DNA from: Desulfatiglandales bacterium | GTDB taxonomy: Bacteria > Desulfobacterota > DSM-4660 > Desulfatiglandales > HGW-15 | Direction: 5' to 3' | Length of the DNA: 64,000 nucleotides | NCBI GenBank assembly: GCA_963667015.2 | Contig: CAXXJJ010000004.1 | Span: 1,952,001 to 2,016,000, forward strand | Shown: positions 47,678-56,007 of the stretch, piece after piece | How the letters are laid out: each line of letters begins with the position of its first letter | Position numbering within the stretch: the stretch's first letter is position 1 | Position numbers and translations under genes: made by a program | Notes under the pieces: model-generated | The model's database searches: none | What the model saw: the letters and a program-made list of their open reading frames with translations, nothing else | What the model was told of the DNA's origin: nothing

Positions 47678-49900
47678 TTACTTTTTCAACTCTTCTGCTA
47701 CTGCCCGTCCGATCTCATCAAATGAAAAAGGCTTTTTGATAAACCTGCCGGCTCCAAGTTCCATTGTCTTTTTTACATCATCTGTTTCAGCAAATCCACT
47801 GACTATAATTGCCTTTTGATCCGGGTGTGCCTGAGTTATTCTCTCATAGGTCTGTCTGCCGTTAATACCAGGATCCATGATCATGTCAATCAGCATCAGA
47901 TCAGCAGAATGTTCTTTCATATATTCAACAGCATCCTCACCGCTTGAAACCGCAACCGGACTGTAGCCAAGCTTTTCAAGCATATTGCATGTTAATTCTC
48001 TCTGGGTATCGACATCATCGACAACCATTATCATTTCACCATTGCCTTTGTAATCGGTGACTGGAATAGATAAGATTTTAGTTTTTATTTCCTTGCGATC
48101 AACAGGGAAATACAGTCTGAAGCTGGTGCCTTTTTCACAGCTTATGATATCTATAAAACCCTTATGGTCCTGGATAATATTCCAGACAACGGCAAGGCCC
48201 AATCCGGTCCCGCTCCTGCCCATAATTTTTTTGGTATAAAAAGGCTCAAATATCCTTTCCAGATCAGATTGAGGGATTCCGGGACCACTGTCTGATACGG
48301 TTAATATCACATACTCTCCGGCCTCAATAACTTCATACCCTGTCAACGGTTCTTTGAGAATGCAGTTCTCCGTTGACACTATGACAGCTCCGCTTCCTTC
48401 AATTGCCTCTGAGGCATTTGAGACCAGATTCATAAGTGCCTTTCTTATATGAATATTAGACGCACTTATACTGGACAGATCAGGCTCCAGGCTTGCGGTT
48501 ATGGATACGGCAGGATGAAACTGCTTTAGTTTATCCAGTTCCGGGGAATTAAGGTAATCAAGCACCACTTCATTGATATTCATTAATTCTCTTTGGACAG
48601 CTACGCCTCTCGCAACAGTCAACAGGTCCTGAACAATAGCTACTGCCCTGTTGCCAGAGGCCTGTATCCCTTCAAGGGGTTTCCTGAATTTACTGTTTTC
48701 GGGCATGTCCATGAGCATTAATTCGGGATAATTTACGATCCCTGAAAGCACATTGTTCAGATCATGTGCAACACCTCCGGCAAGAAGCCCCAGTGATTCC
48801 ATCTTCTTTAATCTTGTCAGTTTTTCCTCAGTTTCGCGAAGGATTTCTTCTTCGCGTTTCTGCTCGGTAATATCACGCATTACTCCGAGAACTGCAGGAC
48901 GCCCTCTGTATTTTATTGGACTTGTCACTATATCAAGAAAGCGGTTTTCACCATCGTTTCGCTGAACACAAACAGTATGGCGATCGGCCCTGTTATAGCC
49001 ATCAAGAAGTGAATTATAGATATTTCTGTAAATCGCCCGGTCTTCCGGAAGCATCATTGTTATGAATGATTTAGCCGGATAATCAATTAACGGTTGCCCT
49101 GTTAATTCACAGAAGGCAGGATTCCCAAATACGATCTTATCATCCTGGACTATTATAATCCCTTCTCCTGCGTATTCCGTTATCACCCGATATTTTTCAT
49201 CCGCTTCGGTTTCCATATAACTGTTTATAACAACCCAGAGCACTGAGAAGGAAAATGCAAGAAACCCGTATTCCATCAGGTATTGAATAGAGGGAACCCC
49301 GAGGCAGACAAGACCATCATGCATTCCCAGAAGTATCCAGACTACAATTCCCGAAAGAAAAATTACCCGGTATTTTATATCTGTTCCCTTATGTTTTGCC
49401 CAAATCATCATGCCCCATACTGCGGATATTGCAACGTATAGCACAAAGAAGGGACCAAGCGGACCTAATGCAGGCTCAACATATGGTGATTCAAGATTTA
49501 AAAAATTCCAGGAAGAAAATTCATCTGAAACAATATAATCAGTCGTCCATAGTAATATAATAACAAGGCTATTAAACAATCCTGCCCATACATGATAACT
49601 CTTTCCACTTTTATCAAGATATGAAAAGGTGAATCCGAACATGCAATGAATCAATAAGATCAGGGCAAACCATTCCAGGACACCTGAACAGCGGTTTAGT
49701 GCTCCTGCTGGTGTGTTATATTCGATAAAGATGCCTATTGCATAAAGCATTGCGGAAAAGGATATGGCCGAGCTCCAGGCATACCAACGGTTCTCTTTTC
49801 TTTTTATAAATAATAAAGCCTGCAGAATAAACATCAGAAAGGCAATAACGGCAACAGAAAATGATCCGGCTGACTGGATAATTATTTTTGAGGGCAACAT
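47678..49900 (-). CDS. Membrane (7TM-type) PAS hybrid histidine kinase/response regulator
   Basis: About 7 N-terminal TMs, PAS, LAGGVAHDLNNVL, NLVSNASEA, GTGLGL, REC. Confidence 0.92.
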   Translation of the reverse strand: MLPSKIIIQSAGSFSVAVIAFLMFILQALLFIKRKENRWYAWSSAISFSAMLYAIGIFIEYNTPAGALNRCSGVLEWFALILLIHCMFGFTFSYLDKSGKSYHVWAGLFNSLVIILLWTTDYIVSDEFSSWNFLNLESPYVEPALGPLGPFFVLYVAISAVWGMMIWAKHKGTDIKYRVIFLSGIVVWILLGMHDGLVCLGVPSIQYLMEYGFLAFSFSVLWVVINSYMETEADEKYRVITEYAGEGIIIVQDDKIVFGNPAFCELTGQPLIDYPAKSFITMMLPEDRAIYRNIYNSLLDGYNRADRHTVCVQRNDGENRFLDIVTSPIKYRGRPAVLGVMRDITEQKREEEILRETEEKLTRLKKMESLGLLAGGVAHDLNNVLSGIVNYPELMLMDMPENSKFRKPLEGIQASGNRAVAIVQDLLTVARGVAVQRELMNINEVVLDYLNSPELDKLKQFHPAVSITASLEPDLSSISASNIHIRKALMNLVSNASEAIEGSGAVIVSTENCILKEPLTGYEVIEAGEYVILTVSDSGPGIPQSDLERIFEPFYTKKIMGRSGTGLGLAVVWNIIQDHKGFIDIISCEKGTSFRLYFPVDRKEIKTKILSIPVTDYKGNGEMIMVVDDVDTQRELTCNMLEKLGYSPVAVSSGEDAVEYMKEHSADLMLIDMIMDPGINGRQTYERITQAHPDQKAIIVSGFAETDDVKKTMELGAGRFIKKPFSFDEIGRAVAEELKK

Positions 49901-49953
49901 GAATTATAACAGCTCATTCGAGTTTCAGAAAATATCAGTCTTAAAATGGTTAT

Positions 49954-51801
49954 TTACAGAAAATGCATCGTAATAGAAAATGCTCCGTCTTCCAGACGGG
50001 TCTCAACGGTTAAACCGCTCTTTTTAAAGACACGTACCATCGCGCCATTGGACTCGTTTACCGAGGCAATAAATCCCTTGAGCCTGTTTTTCTTTGCCTG
50101 GCGAATAAGCATCTGGAGCAAATAGGAGGCAACACCATAACCCTGGTATTCCTCGTCTACAATAAAGGCAATCTCAGCATATGGGCGCGTATGAAGCTTA
50201 ATATACCTGGCTTCTGCAATAATCTTTCCCTTGCCCACATCACCCTCTAGGGCGACAATAGACATGGTGCGATTATAGTCTATATTCACATATTCCTGCA
50301 TCTTTTTGTGAGGCATTGCCATTATGGGCGTGAAGTATCTGTAATAGACAGCTTCCTCTGAAAAGCGATAGAAGAGCTTGCGCATTTCTTCTTCATCGGA
50401 TGGTCTTATTGCCCTGAAACGCAGTTCCAGCTTATCTTTAAAGATATGTGTGGATTGTATATCCTGGGGATATAAATGAGAGCTTTCCGACAGGAATATC
50501 TGGTCCTGGTAAATTATTCTTGCCTTTTTTGCCTCCTCTACCAGAAATGCCCTGTCATCAGGATGGGCAATATCAATTAAGGTCTGGGCCCTCTCCCGTA
50601 TTGTCCGGCCGAACAGGCTGGCAACACCATACTCGGTTACTATCATATCAACGGTTTCACGGATGCCGAACTGGTTAGACATACCTTCAACTGAAAGCAG
50701 GACATTTGATTCACCGTTATGATCCCTGCTGGGGAGCGCCAGCAGCCTTCTGCCTCCTGCAGAAAGGCTTGCACCATTATAGATGTCAACTGCCCTCTCC
50801 GTCACTCCCTGCTCCCTGCGGAATGGCAGTACTATCCTTCCTGTTAAATCTATCTTATGTGCCCTTGACACAGTAACGACTTTGTCATTTTTGCCGATAG
50901 TAGCAGGGTCAAAAACCTTGTCCAGACCCTGGAATTCTATCAGCGGATTCCGATTGATATATGCCATAACCTCAGGAGTACCAAAGGCGTATGAGGCAAC
51001 AGAACGCCCCCGCCAGTTGGCCTTGCGCCTGTTTGTTACAGCCCCGCTTTTTACAAGATCCATGACTGCATCTGTAAAAAAAGGAGAATGAATACCCAGA
51101 TGCTTTTTATTGACCAGACGTTTTGCAAGTGCTTCAAAAATAACATCAAGTGCAAAAACTATACAGCTTCCGTCCTCAATTACCGAGGCAAGGTTTACAG
51201 CAATCTGGTCTGTAATATCATCGACTTCAGGGCGGGGGTGATAAATAAGGGGTTCGGTAGACTCCACAAACATACCAAATTCAGAAAAATGAACGAATGT
51301 ATCACCAAATGTGAAGGGCATTTTTGTGTCAATTTCAGCTACGCACAGAGATGCCTGCTCCATCGCCAGGACAGCAACATCAATAGCTCCACCCAGACTG
51401 CAGTATCCGGCCGGATTTGGCGGGGTTATCTGGATAAACGCGGCATCAATAGGAAGCTGACCTGATTCAATAAGTGAAGGGATCTTGGAAGGACGACATG
51501 GAATGATATCCATACGTCCTTCCTTGATAGCTTCCTCGGCAGCCTTGCCTGAAAAAAAACTTTTAAGTCGATGTCTGCCGTTTCTGGTTAAAATGGAGGC
51601 TGCATCGCCGAAACTGCCGAGCTGGAGGAATTCAAGGTCCTGGATCTTTTTTGATTTAGCCTCTACAAGATACTTAATCAGAGTACGCGGTTCAGCCATA
51701 CCCGTTCCCAGAAAGATATTCATCCCGGGTTTGAGTCTTTCCAGGACCTTTTCCGGAGAGACAAGGCTGTCTCTCCAGCCTCTTGCTTCGAGAGTTTCCA
51801 T
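49954..51801 (-). CDS. Acetyl-CoA hydrolase/transferase-like domain fused to a C-terminal GNAT acetyltransferase
   Basis: GTGMAEP, GYCSLG, IVTEYGVASLFGRTIRERAQTLIDIAHPDDR; GNAT FRAIRPSDE...AEIAFIVDEEYQGYGVA. Confidence 0.88.
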   Translation of the reverse strand: METLEARGWRDSLVSPEKVLERLKPGMNIFLGTGMAEPRTLIKYLVEAKSKKIQDLEFLQLGSFGDAASILTRNGRHRLKSFFSGKAAEEAIKEGRMDIIPCRPSKIPSLIESGQLPIDAAFIQITPPNPAGYCSLGGAIDVAVLAMEQASLCVAEIDTKMPFTFGDTFVHFSEFGMFVESTEPLIYHPRPEVDDITDQIAVNLASVIEDGSCIVFALDVIFEALAKRLVNKKHLGIHSPFFTDAVMDLVKSGAVTNRRKANWRGRSVASYAFGTPEVMAYINRNPLIEFQGLDKVFDPATIGKNDKVVTVSRAHKIDLTGRIVLPFRREQGVTERAVDIYNGASLSAGGRRLLALPSRDHNGESNVLLSVEGMSNQFGIRETVDMIVTEYGVASLFGRTIRERAQTLIDIAHPDDRAFLVEEAKKARIIYQDQIFLSESSHLYPQDIQSTHIFKDKLELRFRAIRPSDEEEMRKLFYRFSEEAVYYRYFTPIMAMPHKKMQEYVNIDYNRTMSIVALEGDVGKGKIIAEARYIKLHTRPYAEIAFIVDEEYQGYGVASYLLQMLIRQAKKNRLKGFIASVNESNGAMVRVFKKSGLTVETRLEDGAFSITMHFL

Positions 51802-51812
51802 GATTAAATCCT

Positions 51813-52583
51813 CTATCGGCCTATTACATATCCTCCGGGATCGACTTCTTCTCTGAGAATCCTTAATTCTTCCTCCGTCGGAGGTGCAGTTTCAGTAATA
51901 TTTTCGGCCTTTAAAAGTTCAAACCCGCAGTTATCCTGGACATCCTTTACAGAATATCCGGGATTGAGGGATATTATGCGCATCCTCTTTGATTCGGGTT
52001 CAAAATCCATAACTGCCATATTGGTAATTATCTTATATGGCCCGCATCCCTTAGGAAGACCGGCTTTCTCTCTTGCGTCACAGCCGGTTAAATAGCCGGG
52101 TGTTGTGATAAAATCACATTTTTCAACAAAGCGTCTGCTGTCCTGAGGTGTTACGATCATGGTTCTCCAGCAAAATGATGCAAAGTCATTTGCACCACCG
52201 CTGCCGGGGAATCTGGTTTTAGGTTTATCATGATCAAGGCCTATCTGGGTTGAATTCATGTTACCATACATATCGATCTGGGCACCGCCTAAAAAAGTGT
52301 AGTCCACCATTCCCCTGGCACAGGTTTCCATGATCTGGACCATACCGCTTGCCATGATACCCTTGTAAAAGGTCCTGGAATCACCTACGGAAATCGGCAT
52401 TTCCGGCAGCAGAGGCGCTACGCCTCCCGCCTCAAAAACAATCATTATATTAGGCGCGTGAGTCTTCTGGGCAAGCATTGTGGCAGCACAGGGAACACCT
52501 GTTCCTACACCAACAGATACTCCGTCTTCAAGTTCACGCGACGCAACACATACCATAAGTTCCATTACATTATAATCAGGCAT
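51813..52583 (-). CDS. Class I CoA-transferase beta subunit (glutaconate CoA-transferase GctB-like)
   Basis: VGTGVP, IVFEAG (catalytic Glu position), GGAQIDMYGNMNST, PGSGGAND. Confidence 0.88.
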   Translation of the reverse strand: MPDYNVMELMVCVASRELEDGVSVGVGTGVPCAATMLAQKTHAPNIMIVFEAGGVAPLLPEMPISVGDSRTFYKGIMASGMVQIMETCARGMVDYTFLGGAQIDMYGNMNSTQIGLDHDKPKTRFPGSGGANDFASFCWRTMIVTPQDSRRFVEKCDFITTPGYLTGCDAREKAGLPKGCGPYKIITNMAVMDFEPESKRMRIISLNPGYSVKDVQDNCGFELLKAENITETAPPTEEELRILREEVDPGGYVIGR

Positions 52584-52594
52584 ATTCTTTCCTC

Positions 52595-53587
52595 CTAATT
52601 TTCCTTGGTCAAAAAGAATAACTCTTTTTGCCTGAGTTCCATCATTTTTTCCATTCCCCCGTTTACCCTGAGATAATCGAAATGGGACTCACAGTTGTAG
52701 ATATGCTTATCAAGAAATGCCTTGAAGGCCTCCGGATCCTTTTCTACTGTCATCCATTCCTTGATATGCTCCTCATCGGAAAAATACTCATATGCCATAT
52801 TGCCTGGATAACTGCCGTAAGGGACTTCACAGACAGCGTCTACCAGATAATAGGGAATTGCCGTTTTGATAGGCTCTGCGCGGATTTCATCACTGGAAAT
52901 AATACGTTCTGTAGTAATAATCAATTTTTTTGCAGCCCTTGCAATGTCAAGGTCAGCGATTGTTATTCCTCTGATCTGGCAATTGCCGTAGATATCGCAG
53001 GCATGTACGTGAATAGCCGCCACATCAGGATAAAGTGCCGGAACAGCCATGTAGGGTTCCCCGGTAAAGGGGCATGTTATGGTCTTTCCTGCACCATATT
53101 TATATGTTTCTGTTCCAAGGGTTGACCTTATGGGCAGAAAGGCGACGCCCATTGCAGCAGCCCTGAACCTGGCTGCCAGACCGTAATTACTCCATTCAGT
53201 AACCTGAACTTCACCGCTCTGTATATATTTGCGTGCATTTGGTGAAAGTCCTCTGGCCTCGAGGCCTACAACATAGGAGGCATCGAGTTTGTCAAAAACC
53301 TTGCCAGCAGATAAAATCTGGAAATCATGTGTCGTTGTATGTCCGGCAAAGCCCATATTTTTTCGCCCCAGCCTCAACAGTTCATGACATACTGATGTAG
53401 GGATTCTGTTTGCTCCAAAACCACCGGTGGCGAGGTAATCACCATCTTTTGTGAATTTCTCGACCGCCTCTTTAACTGACATCAACTTGCTTTTCATTTC
53501 CCTGGATTTCGTCCTGAAATAGGCCCGCGCATTGTCCGGATCAGGGTCTGTAAAAAGCTTTCCAATGCCATTTTCAAAAGCTTCCAT
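52595..53587 (-). CDS. Class I CoA-transferase alpha subunit (GctA-like)
   Basis: KLMSVKEAV, ARFRAAAMGVAFLP, CPFTG, PDVAAIHVHACDIYGN. Confidence 0.88.
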   Translation of the reverse strand: MEAFENGIGKLFTDPDPDNARAYFRTKSREMKSKLMSVKEAVEKFTKDGDYLATGGFGANRIPTSVCHELLRLGRKNMGFAGHTTTHDFQILSAGKVFDKLDASYVVGLEARGLSPNARKYIQSGEVQVTEWSNYGLAARFRAAAMGVAFLPIRSTLGTETYKYGAGKTITCPFTGEPYMAVPALYPDVAAIHVHACDIYGNCQIRGITIADLDIARAAKKLIITTERIISSDEIRAEPIKTAIPYYLVDAVCEVPYGSYPGNMAYEYFSDEEHIKEWMTVEKDPEAFKAFLDKHIYNCESHFDYLRVNGGMEKMMELRQKELFFLTKEN

Positions 53588-53957
53588 TTTTTATTGCTCC
53601 TTTCAATTCTTTTTGAACTACCCATTAAGATTGTGAATCAAATATCATGATTCTTAAAATGACTAAATTTATTTTATCTGTAGTCATGCAGGGTAATTTG
53701 ATCATATAGATTTATACTAGTCAATCCACAAAAATAACTTCTAAGCTTTTTATCATTGCTCCTTTAGAAGGCACCTTGAAAAAATCACAAAAAAGGCTGA
53801 AAATATCTAATAATGTTAGTAAATAAATTTTCTGGAGAATCTTTTAAAACATCTGTGTTATACTTGCAAAGCCAATTTTGAAACGTGAAATACATGTCAA
53901 TCAATTAAAATTATTAATAATTCAGCATCATCATTTAACAACTCACAGGAGAATGCC

Positions 53958-54803
53958 ATGAAATGGAAACAGTTTTTCACTCCGGTCAAGTCTGTTTCTG
54001 CCGAAGAGGCAAAAAAGCTTCTTTCTGAAACATCTTTATCAGACATAACAATCCTTGATGTAAGGCAGCCTAAAGAATATGAGGAAGAACATATCCCAGG
54101 CGCAAAACTGATCCCTATTGCCGATGTCGGAAACCGCCTTGATGAACTTGATCCTTCAAAACCAACCCTTGTTTATTGTGCTGTTGGCGGACGCAGCAGG
54201 GTAGCAGCTCAGATGCTTGCCGGAAAAGATTTCACCAGGATTATGAATCTTACAGGTGGAATCAAGGCCTGGAAGGGGGAAAAGGCCATTATGGGAGAAG
54301 AAAAGGGTCTGGAACTTTTTACAGGCAATGAGTCACTCGAAGAGACACTCACTATTGCCTATGGGCTGGAACTGGGCCTTGAGGAATTTTATATATCGAT
54401 GATGGAAAATGCAAAAAATAATCTGGTCGAAAACCTGTTCGAAAAATTATCCAGGATAGAAATAAAACACAGGACTCGAATATTCAAGGAGTATATAAGG
54501 TTTTCCGGCAGCGATATATCTGAGGAAGAGTTCGCGTCCCGGGAAGTAGCCTATTTATCTGAGGGGGGGATGTCTACAAAGGAATATATTGAATATTTCA
54601 AACCGGATCTGGGATCTCCGGAAGGAGTGATTGAAATGGCAATGTCTATTGAAGCGCAGGCACTGGATCTCTATTTCAGGGCTTCTGAACGGGCAGAGGC
54701 CGATGAAAGTAAGAATTTTTTCTCTCAAATGGCAAATGAAGAACAGGCACATCTCAAACAGCTCGGAGACCTGATGGATACAATATTAAGTGAAAGGAGT
54801 TAA
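53958..54803 (+). CDS. Rhodanese domain fused to a rubrerythrin/ferritin-like domain
   Basis: LDVRQPKEYEEEHIPGA, YCAVGGRS; E..FY...EIKH and E...Y...EEQAH diiron-type motifs. Confidence 0.85.
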   Translation: MKWKQFFTPVKSVSAEEAKKLLSETSLSDITILDVRQPKEYEEEHIPGAKLIPIADVGNRLDELDPSKPTLVYCAVGGRSRVAAQMLAGKDFTRIMNLTGGIKAWKGEKAIMGEEKGLELFTGNESLEETLTIAYGLELGLEEFYISMMENAKNNLVENLFEKLSRIEIKHRTRIFKEYIRFSGSDISEEEFASREVAYLSEGGMSTKEYIEYFKPDLGSPEGVIEMAMSIEAQALDLYFRASERAEADESKNFFSQMANEEQAHLKQLGDLMDTILSERS

Positions 54804-54805
54804 AG

Positions 54806-55915
54806 TTGAGCAAACAACTACTGCTTGTTGGCGGCGGTCACGCCCACATGATGGCCCTGGCCTCGATTCATGAGTTTATCGGCAAAGGATATGATGTTAC
54901 AGTTATCGGTCCTTCCGACTATCATTACTATTCGGGCATGGGCCCCGGAATGCTTGGAGGGTTTTACACGCCAGGGGATATCAGGTTCGCTACACGGCAT
55001 GTGGTTGAAAAACAGAACGGGAAATTTATCCTGGGCAAGGCCGTACGGGTTGATCCTGCAAAAAAGATCGTGTATATGGATTCAGGTGAAGAGGTGCCAT
55101 ATGACGTTGTTTCCTTTAATGCAGGCAGCCAAATCCCCATGCCGGACATTGAGGGCTCGACAGAGAATATATACACATCAAAGCCGATAGAAAAGCTTCT
55201 TGAGGCCCGTGATAGAATAAAGGAGCGCCTGTCAGAAAAACCTCTTCGGATCGGGGTTGTGGGCGGAGGACCATCTTCCGTTGAAATCGCAGGGAATGTC
55301 TGGAGACTCTGCAAAAATGCCAAAAACAGTTCGGAAATAACCGTTCTGGCAGGAAGTATTCTTATGGCACGATTTCCTGACGGAATCCGGAAAAGGGCAA
55401 AAAAATCCCTGTTAAAAAGGGGAATAAAGATTATAGAAGGAACCCGTGTAAGAAGGATAAAAGACAGCAGTATAACTCTGGAAAGTGGAGAAACTTATAC
55501 CTTTGATTTTATCTTTCTCGGTCTTGGTGTCAGGCCGAATCCAATCTTTAAAAATTCTGGCCTGCCTGTCGGACCGGACGACGGTCTTCTGGTGAATAAA
55601 TATCTGCAAAGCATAAAATATGAAAATATGTTTGGCGGAGGCGACTGTATATATTTTCAGGCGCAGCCACTGAATAAGGTTGGGGTATATGCGGTGCGTG
55701 AGAATCCGATACTGGTCAACAACCTTATGGCGCAGCTTGAAGGCAGGGAACTAGAGGCCTTTGATCCGGGAGGAGACTGCCTGCTTATATTCAACATGGG
55801 TGACGAAACAGGCATTCTCAAGAAAAAATGGCTAACCTTTGGCGGTAAGCTGGCCTTTACAATAAAGGATTATATTGACATGAAGTTCATGAAGAAATTT
55901 CAGGCTATTGAATAA
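54806..55915 (+). CDS. FAD-dependent pyridine nucleotide-disulfide oxidoreductase (GGGHAH type)
   Basis: LVGGGHAH, YYSGMGPG, VVGGGPSSVE, FGGGDC, KVGVYAVR, KDYIDMKFM; TTG start. Confidence 0.87.
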   Translation: MSKQLLLVGGGHAHMMALASIHEFIGKGYDVTVIGPSDYHYYSGMGPGMLGGFYTPGDIRFATRHVVEKQNGKFILGKAVRVDPAKKIVYMDSGEEVPYDVVSFNAGSQIPMPDIEGSTENIYTSKPIEKLLEARDRIKERLSEKPLRIGVVGGGPSSVEIAGNVWRLCKNAKNSSEITVLAGSILMARFPDGIRKRAKKSLLKRGIKIIEGTRVRRIKDSSITLESGETYTFDFIFLGLGVRPNPIFKNSGLPVGPDDGLLVNKYLQSIKYENMFGGGDCIYFQAQPLNKVGVYAVRENPILVNNLMAQLEGRELEAFDPGGDCLLIFNMGDETGILKKKWLTFGGKLAFTIKDYIDMKFMKKFQAIE

Positions 55916-56007
55916 AGTATATTAAAAGGGTGCAGCCAGTCTTAAAAAAACGATGGCAAAATATTAACCTACCCTGCAAATAAAATAGGAAAGGAACCGC
56001 TATTGAT

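Noticed and set aside
53635..53687. Inverted repeats GAATCA-N7-TGATTC and ATGACTA-N15-TAGTCAT upstream of the CoA-transferase operon
   Set aside because: Short arms in AT-rich DNA and no adjacent regulator gene; insufficient support
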